Of a stretch of 64,000 nt of DNA, positions 20,235 to 31,074 are shown piece by piece. How positions within the stretch are numbered: position 1 is the first letter of the stretch; every line of letters starts with the position of its first letter. Source of the stretch: Candidatus Hydrogenedentota bacterium (GTDB lineage: Bacteria; Hydrogenedentota; Hydrogenedentia; Hydrogenedentales; SLHB01); the NCBI GenBank assembly GCA_963745075.1, contig CAVUWV010000010.1, positions 384,001 to 448,000 of the forward strand, in the 5' to 3' direction. The position numbers and the translations under genes were made by a program. Below the pieces are notes generated by a model. The model did no database searches, had not been told where the DNA came from, and saw only the letters and a program-made list of their open reading frames with translations.

Positions 20235-21497
20235 ATGGAGTCCATGAACGGCACACCACACAAACGCTCCACTCTCCGCATTCTGCTCCCGGGCTTGCTC
20301 GTCGCGGCGACTGGCGTCGGGGCCGGCGATCTGGCGACTGCAAGTCTGACGGGATCGAAGCTCGGTGTCGCAATCCTGTGGGCGGTCCTCGTCGGCGCGT
20401 TCCTCAAGTTCGTTCTCACGGAAGGCCTTGGCCGCTGGCAACTTGCAACGGGCAGCACCCTCCTGGAAGGTTGCGCGGCACACATGGGACGGCCCTTTCT
20501 TGTCGCCTTCTTTTGCTATCTTCTGCCATGGAGTTTCTTCGTGGGCTCCGCCATGATGGCGGCCTGTGGCGCCACGATGCATGCCATGGTTCCGGTATTC
20601 GACAGTGCTCCGATGGGAAAGATCGCCTTCGGAATTGCTCACGGCATCCTCGGCGTGATCCTGGTTCGCATGGGCGGCTACCGCCTCTTCAGCCGCGTCA
20701 TGAGCGTGTGCATCGGCGTCATGTTCGTCACCGTGGTCACCGCGGCCGCGCTCCAACCCGTCGACTGGCTGTCCGTCCTTCGCGGGCTGACAATCCCCAC
20801 GATCCCGCACGCCAGCCGGGACAGCCTGTCCTGGACCGTCGCCTTGATGGGCGGCGTCGGCGGCACGCTGACGGTCCTGTGTTACGGCTACTGGATTCGC
20901 GAGGAGGGGCGCACCGGACGCGACGCCGTCCGCCTCTGCCGGATCGATCTCGGCGCCGGATACGCCATGACCGCCCTCTTCGGAATCGCCATGGTCATCA
21001 TCGGCAGCCAGGTTCCCATCGAAGGCAAGGGCGCTACCCTGATTGTCGATCTCTCCAACCAACTCAGCGCCAGCATCGGACCAGTCGCGAAATGGGCGTT
21101 CCTCGTCGGCGCGTACGGTGCCGTGTTCAGCAGCCTGCTTGGCGTCTGGCAGAGCGTCCCCTACATCTTCGCCGACGCCTGGTCCATGGCCCTCCGAGAT
21201 TCCAGCGAGCGGCGGCAAACCCGCGTCTCCGAACAATCTCGGACCTACCGCATCTACCTGTACCTGCTCGCGTTGATCCCCATGATCGGTTTGTTCTACG
21301 GATTCAGCGCCATACAAAAGCTCTACGCCGTCGTTGGGGCGTGTTTCATGCCATTTCTCGCCATTTCTCTGCTCTTTCTGAATGGCAGAAGCACCTGGGT
21401 GGGTCGGGATTTCCGAAATCATCCCGTGACATCGGTCCTGCTGGTGGGAATTATAGTCTTCTTCGCCGTGGCAGGCTGGGTCGGGCTACACCGATGA
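20235..21497 (+). CDS. NRAMP-family divalent metal transporter-like membrane protein
   Basis: PGLLVAATGVGAGDL, K..LTEGLGRWQLATG motifs; many TM helices. Confidence 0.8.
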   Translation: MESMNGTPHKRSTLRILLPGLLVAATGVGAGDLATASLTGSKLGVAILWAVLVGAFLKFVLTEGLGRWQLATGSTLLEGCAAHMGRPFLVAFFCYLLPWSFFVGSAMMAACGATMHAMVPVFDSAPMGKIAFGIAHGILGVILVRMGGYRLFSRVMSVCIGVMFVTVVTAAALQPVDWLSVLRGLTIPTIPHASRDSLSWTVALMGGVGGTLTVLCYGYWIREEGRTGRDAVRLCRIDLGAGYAMTALFGIAMVIIGSQVPIEGKGATLIVDLSNQLSASIGPVAKWAFLVGAYGAVFSSLLGVWQSVPYIFADAWSMALRDSSERRQTRVSEQSRTYRIYLYLLALIPMIGLFYGFSAIQKLYAVVGACFMPFLAISLLFLNGRSTWVGRDFRNHPVTSVLLVGIIVFFAVAGWVGLHR

Positions 21498-22436
21498 TTC
21501 CCCGGCCAGCGACCGGTACCATTCGACCGTCCGCTTCAGCCCTTCCCCAACACTGACCTGCGGTTTATATCCGAAGGTTTCGCCCGCCCTCCGGATATCT
21601 GCACAGGACCGGCGAATATCCCCAGCGCGGGATGGCTCGAAGACCGGTTCCAGTTTCGTCCCCAGGATTTCGTTCAACAAGGCAACCAGCCCCAGGATCG
21701 ACGTTTCCGCGCCGCAGGCCGCATTGTAGACTCCCGCCAGCGGACCCTCCGCATCACAAACCCGGAGGTTGGCGTCGACCACGTTCCCGATGTAGCTGAA
21801 ATCACGCGATTGCCGGCCGTTACCATGGACCGGCGGGCGTTCTCCTCGCAGCATCTTGGACAGGAAAATGGGGACCACCGCCGCATACTCGCTCGCCGGG
21901 TCCTGCCGGGGCCCAAACACGTTAAAGTACCGAAGACCAACGATATCCATATTGTAAAGGGACGAAAAGACCCGGGCGTAGAGTTCGCAGGTCGCCTTCG
22001 TGACCCCATAGGGCGAGATGGGTTGGGTCGGCAAATCCTCCCGTACCGGGCTCACACTCGTATTGCCATATACCGACGAGGAAGACGCAAACACGACCCG
22101 CCGTACACCTTGCTCGCGGGCGGCCAGGAAGACGTTGAGGGTCCCTTCCACATTGACCCGGTTGGACCGCAGCGGATCCTCAACCGAACGCGGAACGGAC
22201 GGCACCGCCGCCTGATGAAGACAATACTCCACGCCGTCCATCGCCTGATTGACCAAGTCCACTTCACAGATCGATCCCTCGATAAACTCAATCTGGGACA
22301 AAACTTCCGTGAGATTCGCGCGACGCCCCGTGGATAGATCGTCCAGCACGCGCACGGAATGGCCTCGTTCAAGCAGGGAACGAACCAGATTGCTGCCGAT
22401 AAAGCCCGCACCCCCAGTCACCAAATACGTTGCCAT
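21486..22436 (-). CDS. NAD-dependent nucleotide-sugar epimerase/dehydratase (WbpP/GalE-like SDR)
   Basis: TGGAGFIG, ASSSSVYG, YGVTK, LRYFNVFGPRQDP. Confidence 0.9.
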   Translation of the reverse strand: MATYLVTGGAGFIGSNLVRSLLERGHSVRVLDDLSTGRRANLTEVLSQIEFIEGSICEVDLVNQAMDGVEYCLHQAAVPSVPRSVEDPLRSNRVNVEGTLNVFLAAREQGVRRVVFASSSSVYGNTSVSPVREDLPTQPISPYGVTKATCELYARVFSSLYNMDIVGLRYFNVFGPRQDPASEYAAVVPIFLSKMLRGERPPVHGNGRQSRDFSYIGNVVDANLRVCDAEGPLAGVYNAACGAETSILGLVALLNEILGTKLEPVFEPSRAGDIRRSCADIRRAGETFGYKPQVSVGEGLKRTVEWYRSLAGESSV

Positions 22437-22502
22437 GGGATCCTCCCCTTGAACCGAGATTATAGAACGCTTGATTCCACGGGACAATGGACTAAAGAGC
22501 GT

Positions 22503-23519
22503 TCAGTTTCGGGGCAGTGGAAGATGTATGACTCGACCTTCCTGAACGCTTTGGTAGGCAGCCTCGCCAATTTCTACCGCACGAAGTCCATCTTCCCCCG
22601 GGATAGTAACCGGTCGTTCGCCCAGGCACGCTTCGGCGAATTCCCGGATCTCGCGCGTAACCCCGTCTTCCCACTCCGGATGAATGTCTCTATAGGCAAG
22701 CACTTCCAGATCCTCGCCATCCCGGCCGACACGTAAGGTCGAGGTCACGCTGTCGTAGTAAATCGTCCCCTTCTCACAGAAAACTTCTCCACTGTTTCGC
22801 GTAATGCGGTCAATAGAAGAAGAGGTACAAGTCCCGATAGTCCCATTCTTGAACGCTACCTGGAAGGTAATGAAGTCCTCATCGTCCACCTCGTCATTTA
22901 TGAATCGCTTACCCAGCGCCTGCACGGAGACAGCTTCCCCAAGAATGCACAACATCAGATCGATTTCATGGACGTTCACTTCCAAAAGCATGCCGCCGGT
23001 CGTGGCACGCCGCATACGCCACGGCCGCGCCCATTCGCCCCATTTCCCCATCGTGCGGATCGTACGCATCGCTAAGGGTTTACCAAGGGCACCTGAGTTG
23101 ATCAGCTCCAGAATATACCGATACACGTTGATATATCGGAGTACCTGACCGATCATCAGGATCTTTCTGCTCTCCTTCGCGGTGGATATCATCGCATCAC
23201 ACTGGATCACGTTGAGCCCCATAGGTTTCTCACAGAAGACGTGATACCCTGCTTGCAGAGACGCAATCGCAATCTCGGCATGTGCGTGTTGCGGCGCGGC
23301 GATGACTAGGCCATCTAAGCGCCCTTCCTCCAATATCTTCCGGTAATCCGTACAGGTCGTGATTTCTTTCTCGACCAGGGCGGAGGCTTGTTGCAGGTTC
23401 TCTACGTCGGGATCGGCTAACACCGAAGGCTTTATTTTTGAGACTGCCGCGGCCGCCCGCAACAAATCCCGCCCCATCGTTCCCAGTCCGATAAAGCCAA
23501 GGTGAGCAACCCCTTCCAT
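22503..23519 (-). CDS. Gfo/Idh/MocA family oxidoreductase
   Basis: GFIGLGTMG, HVFCEKPM, GGMLLEVNVHEID. Confidence 0.9.
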   Translation of the reverse strand: MEGVAHLGFIGLGTMGRDLLRAAAAVSKIKPSVLADPDVENLQQASALVEKEITTCTDYRKILEEGRLDGLVIAAPQHAHAEIAIASLQAGYHVFCEKPMGLNVIQCDAMISTAKESRKILMIGQVLRYINVYRYILELINSGALGKPLAMRTIRTMGKWGEWARPWRMRRATTGGMLLEVNVHEIDLMLCILGEAVSVQALGKRFINDEVDDEDFITFQVAFKNGTIGTCTSSSIDRITRNSGEVFCEKGTIYYDSVTSTLRVGRDGEDLEVLAYRDIHPEWEDGVTREIREFAEACLGERPVTIPGEDGLRAVEIGEAAYQSVQEGRVIHLPLPRN

Positions 23520-23574
23520 TTAAACACCTCCGACTACTAATTTTTGAACTAACCACAACATATTGAGGAGCCGG

Positions 23575-23812
23575 TTTTCCACACTATCCCCAAGTTATCC
23601 ACAGGTGTTCCGAGAACTATTTACGAATTGCCACTCAGGACAGAAAAAGCCAAGAAAACCCGTAGTACGATTCTCAATACATTCTAACATCTTTATATAA
23701 AATAACTTATATCAATAATAAACCTATCTCTATTTCTATGAATTTGTCATCTTGCCAGCTCTTCGACAATCAAAGGAGAATGAATTCAGTGATTTCCCCA
23801 TACTTTTCCACA
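23575..23812. promoter_or_regulatory. DnaA-box cluster in the AT-rich region downstream of dnaN
   Basis: TTTTCCACA 23575, TTATCCACA 23595, TTTTCCACA 23804; very AT-rich 23670-23740. Confidence 0.65.
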
Positions 23813-23979
23813 AGACACTTACACGACAAAAAGAAATACATACACTATATCTTGGGTCATTCACAGCATCCTCAAGAACCCTTCAATTATTGGGAATACG
23901 AAAAAAAGGAAGAGGGGCCTTGTGTCCCGGTAAGGCTAAACACAAAACCCCTTCAAAAACACGGAAGGCTCTTTACTTA

Positions 23980-25086
23980 TTAGATGCGAATTGGCATCAC
24001 TACATTGAGATAATTATCTTGTGGTCCATCGTCGTATGGCTTAATCATGCCAGGACTCATAGCATCCTTCAAGACAATACAAAGTTTCGCGGTATCGATT
24101 CGCCGAAGGACCTCAAGTAAGAAATCCGGATTAAACGCGATCTCGACAGGTTGCCCGGCGTATTCAATTGCCATTTCTTCCTGGTATTCACCAACCTCAG
24201 GCGTAACAACATGTAACGTCAACACACCGTCGTCCAGGTTAAACCGCACAGAGTTAAACTTATCATTTGTCATCGTACGTGTACGCCGAACAGCTTCGAG
24301 AAAGGCCGAGGTGTTCAGTAAGGCTTCTTTATCATGCTTCTTTGGAACCACCATGTCGTAATTTGGGAAGTTCCCCTCGATTAACGCCGTAACCAGCCGG
24401 ATGGAGTCAAAAGAGAAGGCCGCCTGTGTTTCATCTAGAAATACACTGACTTCACCGTCGTCACCTAGTAGACGCTCTAGCTCAGCTATCATCTTACCCG
24501 GAATAATCACCTTAAGGTTGATACCATCAGGGATTCCCTCTGATTCGGCGTAGAGGCTCATGCGCCGGCCATCAGTCGCTACCGCAGTTAATCTTCCACC
24601 GCTTAATTCAAACAACAGACCAGTTAAGTTATACCGCGCCTGGTCTGAACAAATAGCAAAACTCGTGCGCTGGAACAAGCGCCTCAATAAACTTTGCGGA
24701 AGCACGAGCGGCTCGATTCCTTCAAAGCCACGAACCGGTGGAAACTCATCCGCTAACATACTAAACAGCTTCGTGTGAATTTTACCGGCTTCCAAAGCAA
24801 TCACATTGTTTTCGCCCAAATACAGGGTTAAATCGCCATCGGGCAATTCCGTTAAAATAGATGAAAGCCGTTGCGAAGAAACCGTGAGCGAACCCGGTTC
24901 CTCTACCGTACAGTCCACGGTACACTCGATGCTTACCTTGAGATCGGTAGCGGTGAGCTTAATCGAACTATCGCCGGTCTCGATTAAAATATGAGACAAG
25001 ATCGGTAACGCAGATTTTGGAGATACCACGGTCTTCACTTTGTTCACTGCATCGAGCAGATCTTGACGGGGTATGGCAATCTTCAT
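23980..25086 (-). CDS. dnaN: DNA polymerase III beta sliding clamp
   Basis: 368 aa; LPILS, LTATDL, AVATDGRRM, LIEGNFPNY, IAFNPDFL, VVMPIRI C-terminus. Confidence 0.97.
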   Translation of the reverse strand: MKIAIPRQDLLDAVNKVKTVVSPKSALPILSHILIETGDSSIKLTATDLKVSIECTVDCTVEEPGSLTVSSQRLSSILTELPDGDLTLYLGENNVIALEAGKIHTKLFSMLADEFPPVRGFEGIEPLVLPQSLLRRLFQRTSFAICSDQARYNLTGLLFELSGGRLTAVATDGRRMSLYAESEGIPDGINLKVIIPGKMIAELERLLGDDGEVSVFLDETQAAFSFDSIRLVTALIEGNFPNYDMVVPKKHDKEALLNTSAFLEAVRRTRTMTNDKFNSVRFNLDDGVLTLHVVTPEVGEYQEEMAIEYAGQPVEIAFNPDFLLEVLRRIDTAKLCIVLKDAMSPGMIKPYDDGPQDNYLNVVMPIRI

Positions 25087-25885
25087 GAGGTACTCTCCAA
25101 GTCTGGCTTCCGGTGAACTGGTTTTACTTTCTGCTGATGTAATTTTTCTACAAAATAAGTAATCATAGTAATAGGGGCTGTGTAAACGGTGGATTACCGG
25201 GTAAACCAGTAACCGATGAATTACTTAGACTGTCAGTATCTTATGGGATAACCTGTTTGAATAATCATGACTATCCACAAAGCCCCGAATCGTCGTCGAT
25301 AAATCAGATGCTTTAGCCTGTCATATCTGGAAAACATCGCGGGTTATCCAGATCTTATTAACTACCTTTCCACACACAGCATCTCACTATAATGTTCCAC
25401 GGAAAATAAAAGTTTTCCACAGCCCTTTCATTTTAGTTTTGAACTGTTTATGGTGAATTTCACCGGGATTGACCACTGGCTGTGGAACAATACATATTCC
25501 GCTTTTGCGCGCGAAAGAAAAGCATCCGTCGGATTAGCTAAGATTAAATTTTTGAATGTCTTACAGGGAAGAAACCGGGTCAGGATCAAGTACTGAAAAG
25601 TGGTTGTAAACCTCGCGTTTATATGGACTTGGTGTGTCCGTGCCATATATTATGTTTGGCCCCTGAGCGCGGTCTCTAACCACTTATCCACACCTTATTC
25701 ACGGGTACGGATGTGTAAGTCTTCGCCCCGCGCGACATGCTATCAAAGGGTAACGGTAAAAGCAAGCACTTCGGCTCGTTCACATGCCAAGTAGCGGCCT
25801 TAGTAAAGGCCCCCACACCTTCGTATGGGACCGTGAACAACCGTATACAGAGCGGTTCTCTTGTGTCGTGCGCGCCTTATACTGG
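25087..25885. other. oriC: Putative chromosomal replication origin (oriC)
   Basis: Exact or one-mismatch DnaA boxes at 25179, 25256, 25271, 25344, 25366, 25413, 25481, 25684, 25695; minus strand TAATCCACC-GTTTACACA-GCCCC-TAT TAC TAT GAT TAC then AT-rich (25196-25140) resembles the basal unwinding system. Confidence 0.85.
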
Positions 25886-27868
25886 TCAGGTACGGATTAC
25901 CCGCAAGAATTCTTCCGGCGCCACCGACCCCTGCTTAACCTTCAAACGGCAGCGGTCAGCCATGGTCTTCAGTTTGGCTGATTTCACGATCTTTTCCGTG
26001 GGCTCGTCCGCGGCAATCTGACGCCGGATATCCGCGGTGATTTCGAGAATCTCGAAGATTCCGGTGCGGCCTTTATTGCCAGTATGATAGCAGTTGTCGC
26101 AGCCCTTACCACGATACAGTTTCTTCGTGCTTTCCGGTAAGCGTAGTGATTTCAACAACGGCTTTGTGGGAGTGAAGGGTGTCCGGCAATCCGGGCATAT
26201 TTTTCGGACCAGTCGCTGGGCCACCACACACGTAAGCGCACTGGAAATCAGGTAGGAAGGAATCTGCATGTTTCGCAGGGTGGTAATTGCTTCGGGGGCG
26301 TCATTGGTGTGTAAGGTGCTGAAGACCAGATGCCCGGTCATCGCTGCGCGGATCGCGATCCGCGCCGTGTCGCTGTCCCGAATCTCGCCCACGAGCAGCA
26401 CATCGATGTCTTGCCGCAGCGCGGCCCGCAAGGTGTTTGCAAACGTCACTTCGATGTCTGTATCGATTTGGACTTGGTTGATCCCGGACATTTGGTATTC
26501 GACCGGATCTTCCAAGGTCACGATGCTCTCAGTAAGCACGTTCTTTTGATTCAACGCCGCGTACAATGAAGTTGTCTTACCACTTCCCGTCGGACCTGTA
26601 ACCAAAATCATGCCATACGGTTGCTCGATCATTCGGGTCATCGTGGCTTCGTCATCGGGCTCCAGTCCCAAGTCCTTAATCCCGGCCAGTACGGAGGATT
26701 GGTCCAAAAGGCGCAAGACGACCCGTTCGCCCAGGTAGGTTGGGAGCGTTGCAACCCGAAGGTCAAATTCGCGTTCCCTGGTTTCGATGCTGATATGGCC
26801 GTCTTGAGGCCGGCGCACTTCGGTAATATCAAGATCCGCCATGATTTTGATGCGCGAGACTACCGCGTTTTCAATTTCCGGCGCGATACTCATGACGTCG
26901 TGGAGAACCCCATCGATCCGGTAGCGCACACGCATTTCCGGTTCCTGCGGGTCCAAGTGGATATCGGTAGCGCCCGAATTGACCGCCCCCTCGATGATTG
27001 TCGAGACCATCTTGATGACTGGCGCACCCTCGGCCAGTCTTGCAATCTCGTCAAAACGGCGTTTATCCTGGGTCTTTTCCGCGGTAGCCACGATCTTCGC
27101 CTCCTCTTTGGGTTTTGCGCTTTTCTTGGCGTTGGGTTGCTTTGTGGCACTCTTCTTTGGAGGTTTGGCTTCCTGTTTTTGTGGTTCTTGAGCCTTGACT
27201 TGCCGCTTTGCGGAGACCGCCACATGGCGCTTGCCGCCCGATGCGTAGCGGGCCTTTATTTCCACCTTAATATCTTCGCAGTCGGTAAGGATGGGATGAA
27301 CCCGTTTCCCGAGGATAACGCCCAAATCGCCGAGGGTTTCCGTGACCTGCGGATTCACAATCAAGACCGTAAGCTTGTCCCCTTCCAGCACAACCGGAAT
27401 GAGTTGATACTTCTTCGCAATACTTTCGGGCACCGCTTCGAGGGCCATCCGTGCGCTCGGGGTCTCCGAGAGATCCGCGTATTCGAGGCCGTGTTGCTTG
27501 CCCAACGCAATGGCTATTGCGCGGCCGGTTATCACGCCCCGGTCCTGCAGGATTCTCCCGAGTAGCCGTCCCGTGCGCTTTTGCTCCTCAAGCGCATCTT
27601 TCAATTGCTTCTCGGTGATCGCCTTGATGTTGACCAGCGTGCGGCCGAGCGTCTGATCCTCATCCCGCACACTCTTGGGATGAAACTCGTGCCGCAAGGT
27701 CTGGTCGAGCGTATCGAAGGAAATCTTGCCGATCTGAAGCAAGGACCGGTACCAGGGGACCCCCGTGGCTTTCTCCCGGGCCCGGGCCTCGGCCAATTCC
27801 TCCCGCGTGATGATCTCGTCTTTCACGAGCGCATCGGCCAGATTCGCCTGCTTTTGCTCCTCTGCCAT
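25886..27868 (-). CDS. GspE/PilB-family secretion/pilus assembly ATPase
   Basis: N-terminal LG..L repeats (MshEN-like), Walker A GPTGSGKT, LEDPVEY, GEIRD, TGHLVFSTLHTNDA, two CxxC motifs. Confidence 0.92.
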   Translation of the reverse strand: MAEEQKQANLADALVKDEIITREELAEARAREKATGVPWYRSLLQIGKISFDTLDQTLRHEFHPKSVRDEDQTLGRTLVNIKAITEKQLKDALEEQKRTGRLLGRILQDRGVITGRAIAIALGKQHGLEYADLSETPSARMALEAVPESIAKKYQLIPVVLEGDKLTVLIVNPQVTETLGDLGVILGKRVHPILTDCEDIKVEIKARYASGGKRHVAVSAKRQVKAQEPQKQEAKPPKKSATKQPNAKKSAKPKEEAKIVATAEKTQDKRRFDEIARLAEGAPVIKMVSTIIEGAVNSGATDIHLDPQEPEMRVRYRIDGVLHDVMSIAPEIENAVVSRIKIMADLDITEVRRPQDGHISIETREREFDLRVATLPTYLGERVVLRLLDQSSVLAGIKDLGLEPDDEATMTRMIEQPYGMILVTGPTGSGKTTSLYAALNQKNVLTESIVTLEDPVEYQMSGINQVQIDTDIEVTFANTLRAALRQDIDVLLVGEIRDSDTARIAIRAAMTGHLVFSTLHTNDAPEAITTLRNMQIPSYLISSALTCVVAQRLVRKICPDCRTPFTPTKPLLKSLRLPESTKKLYRGKGCDNCYHTGNKGRTGIFEILEITADIRRQIAADEPTEKIVKSAKLKTMADRCRLKVKQGSVAPEEFLRVIRT

Positions 27869-28217
27869 ATAGACAAACCTCCCCGAACGTATGGCGGCAC
27901 TGCCCGTTATGAGTGCGAATGAACGAGCCCCATTATAGGGTGCCGCGCTCCGTTGGTAAAGCATTTTTCGCACTCGAGGCAAGGATGACGCCCTCGCCCA
28001 GCGCGCGATGTAGTAAACGGCCTAAGAGACCGTAAGGACGAAAGGGACGTATTCGAGAAGGCCGTGCACGCGGGCCCCCGGCCCTTCCATATTGTCCATC
28101 TCGTCGTTTATGTCGTCTTGGCCCTTTGCGTCATTTCTTCGACCCATTCGCAGCGCGCAGCATTTACGGACCGACAAACAGTTGCCGCGATACCCCGGAC
28201 CGCCCTACACTAGCCCC

Positions 28218-28856
28218 ATGAATCCGCCATCCTACGTCTGGTACGCCTGCTACGGTTCCAACCTTTGCCGCGACCGCTTCATGATCTACCTGGCCGGTGG
28301 ACAGGCGCCGGGCAGTACGCGCGTGTATCCCGGAACCCGCGACCAAACGCCCCCAACGGACGACCGGCCCTTCACCATCCCCCGCGAACTGTACTTTGCC
28401 CAGGCGTCGCCGACCTGGAACGGCGGCGGCGTCGCATTCGTTACCGAGGAACCGGTCGACGGCGCCGTCACCTACGCGCGCCTGTACCGGATTACGTCAA
28501 AACAGTTTGCGGGCGTATTCGCCGAAGAAAATGGCGGCCGCCCCAACGCCGGGATTGATTGGGGCGCCGTGCTCGCGAACCCCGCCACGCCGGTGCTGCG
28601 GGAGCGCTGGTACGGCACCATCCTGAACCTCGGCGAGGTGGACAGCGACCCCGTCCTCACCTTTACGTGGGACGCCCCACGGACCTCGATTCCGTACAAT
28701 ATCCCCGCTCCGGCCTACCTTCAACGGATCGCCTCCGGTCTCTCCATCTGTCACGGCCTCCCCCACAAGGCCATCGTCGACTACCTCGCCGCCCGCCCCG
28801 GCCTTCGCGACACCCACACCCGCGACGACGTGGTCCGGATGTTGGACGGGGGCTGA
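28218..28856 (+). CDS. Gamma-glutamylcyclotransferase-like protein
   Basis: N-terminal VWYACYGSNL motif; LYFA..S..W.GGG.AF. Confidence 0.6.
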   Translation: MNPPSYVWYACYGSNLCRDRFMIYLAGGQAPGSTRVYPGTRDQTPPTDDRPFTIPRELYFAQASPTWNGGGVAFVTEEPVDGAVTYARLYRITSKQFAGVFAEENGGRPNAGIDWGAVLANPATPVLRERWYGTILNLGEVDSDPVLTFTWDAPRTSIPYNIPAPAYLQRIASGLSICHGLPHKAIVDYLAARPGLRDTHTRDDVVRMLDGG

Positions 28857-28899
28857 AGTCAAGACACGCGCGCACCATCCCAATGATTTCGCCTATTTC

Positions 28900-29036
28900 G
28901 GAGGGCGGGTTTTCCTGCCCGCTACACGAACGACCCAACCGGAAACATCGCACCCACTCACTCGCAGATGCAGGTGGGTGGCGGTTTCCTCGCGAAGGGC
29001 AACCCTTCGTAAGGCGCGTACGTAAACCCGCCCTCC
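28900..29036. repeat. REP-like inverted pair (GGAGGGCGGGTTT ... AAACCCGCCCTCC) between convergent genes
   Basis: 13-bp perfect inverted ends with internal hairpins. Confidence 0.65.
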
Positions 29037-29071
29037 TTGACGCCCCACTTAGATGCGAGGGCCGTCCCCGG

Positions 29072-29870
29072 TTAATGCTTCTTCAGTAGTGCGGCGTGCA
29101 ACTCGCAGACAGACGCGAAGACGTAATCCGGTTTCCGCTCAACCTTTCCCAAATCGGCACCTGTGGTCTCGCCGCTGAGCACGAGGATCGACGCGATGCC
29201 TGCGTTGTACGCCATCTGCATGTCGGTATAGAGGCGGTCGCCGACCATGGCGGTGGTGTCGGGTTGTGGCGGCGAGTTTTTCCAGCGCCATGCGGACCAT
29301 CGTCGGGTTGGGTTTACCAATGAACTCGGGCGTGCGGCCGGTGGCCTCGTGGAGCAGCGCGGCCATGGACGCGCAATCCGGGATGTATCCGTACTCGGTC
29401 GGGCATACCTTGTCGGGATTGGTGGCGTAATACGGCAGACCTTCGCGCAAGAGCAGGCACGCGCGTTCGAGCTTCTCGTACGTGAGGGTTCGGTCGAACG
29501 CCAGCACGACGGCCTCGGGATCGGTTTCCGTACGCGTCAGCCCGGCGTCGTCTACTTCCGCCTCGAAGGACGGCGTGCCCACGACGTAGACACGACGGTG
29601 GGAAGTCTCCGCGATCAAGTAACGGACGGTCGCCTCGCCGGAGGTCAGCACATCGCTCCGCGTAGCGGCGATTCCCATCGTCGTCAGCTTCTCCGCGTAC
29701 CGTTGCGCGTCGGCCGAACTGTTGTTCGTGAAGAAGAGAAAGCGCGGGCCGGTGTCGCGCAGATACTGGACGAACTCGGGCGCCCCCGGAATGGGTGTGG
29801 GCCCGAGATATATCGTCCCATCCATATCGAGCAGAAATGATTCGATCCTGTTGAGGTCGACTCGGCTCAC
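29072..29870 (-). CDS. HAD-IIA hydrolase (NagD-like); single-base frameshift near 29265
   Basis: DMDGT, FFTNNS, ATNPD, IGKP in one frame; MVGDRLYTD, LVLSGET in the other. Confidence 0.88.
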
Positions 29871-30868
29871 GGGACCCGCTGCATGGTGGCAAAGGAGGGG
29901 ACAACGGGAAACACGTCACCCGGATATTGTTTGAACTCGACGTGGCCATCCATATACAGCACGTTGACCCCGCTGGGCTCGGTATGGGCGAAGGTCGGGT
30001 TCCCGTTTGCATCCTGGTGGATCGTGTCCCACATGATGGGCGTCACCGGAATCCAGGGAAAGGGTGCGGGTTCGCCCAGGCCCTGGTAGAGAATGCCGGC
30101 TCCGTGCCATGGGACCGTTATCCCGTCGCCTTTGTCGTTGCCGACGTGCTCCACCCACCGGGTTCCCAAGGCCTTCAAGTAGCGGGACGGCCGGATTCCG
30201 GTATACCGCTCGGCCTGGATCGCGCGGAAGTCCCGCGATTCGGTCGGCTGAAGGTGGGCAAGCAGCGCAACAATGTTGGCGGGACCCGACGCGGGTAACC
30301 CATACTCCAACGCTTCTTCCCGGGTCACGACGTGAAAACTCGCGTCGAAGGGATCGATTCGCCATCCGAGATAGGTATAGGTGGCGTCGCCTCGCGTCAT
30401 GTCCCCGGTGAATGCGCAGGAATGCCAGGACGCGTCTTCCGCTATGCCGTACGTCACGGGATCCAATCGCCATTGCTTCAGGATGACTGGCCCCACCTTT
30501 GTCGGCGGCAGAAGGCCCGGCGCGTCCGGACAGGCGTACAGCAATGGATCGTTCGCGTAGTCGGGAAAGACAATGCGCCGGTCCGGCGAAAAATCGAAAT
30601 GGTCGTCGATGTTGAGACAGCCCGGCGCGTTCGACGCAGCGCCGAAGGATTCGAAGCCGTGCGGCATCGGCCATCGCCAATCGTTCTCCCGGCTGTACAT
30701 CGAGAAAATCGTGCCCCATTGCCGTAGGTTGTCCTGGCACGTGCGCAACTGCACGGGATAACGCGTGTTGTGGATTACGGGCAGCGCCAGCAAAACGCCC
30801 ACCACAATCACCACGAGAATCACCACCAATTCGATCCAGCGAAGCGTAGATCGTCTTTTACCAGCCAT
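29867..30868 (-). CDS. Prepilin-type N-terminal / DUF1559-like protein with H-X9-DG C-terminal motif
   Basis: IELVVILVVI hydrophobic N-terminus, CQDNLRQWG, H..PSGVNVLYMDGHV. Confidence 0.85.
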   Translation of the reverse strand: MAGKRRSTLRWIELVVILVVIVVGVLLALPVIHNTRYPVQLRTCQDNLRQWGTIFSMYSRENDWRWPMPHGFESFGAASNAPGCLNIDDHFDFSPDRRIVFPDYANDPLLYACPDAPGLLPPTKVGPVILKQWRLDPVTYGIAEDASWHSCAFTGDMTRGDATYTYLGWRIDPFDASFHVVTREEALEYGLPASGPANIVALLAHLQPTESRDFRAIQAERYTGIRPSRYLKALGTRWVEHVGNDKGDGITVPWHGAGILYQGLGEPAPFPWIPVTPIMWDTIHQDANGNPTFAHTEPSGVNVLYMDGHVEFKQYPGDVFPVVPSFATMQRVP

Positions 30869-31074
30869 AGCCTGCAACTTCCTTTAGCGGTTGAACTGCC
30901 GTAACCAAACGTGCGTAACCGACGTGCGGAAACGCGCTATTGTCGCAAGGACGCGAATTGCCGTCAAGCCGGGTGTCCTCTTCGGGCAGGAATCGGGCCC
31001 TTCGGGTGTTGGCTACCAGAGGCGCGACGGCTCGCGCCGGTTGTGGTAGCATAGGTCCGGCATCTGGGAGCATC

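Noticed and set aside
25393..25408. parS-like site in the origin region (TGTTCCACGGAAAATA)
   Set aside because: Right half deviates at several positions; better explained as a degenerate DnaA box
28218..28856. Histone deacetylase (label often attached to this family)
   Set aside because: No HDAC motifs; the YGSN motif points to a GGCT-like fold
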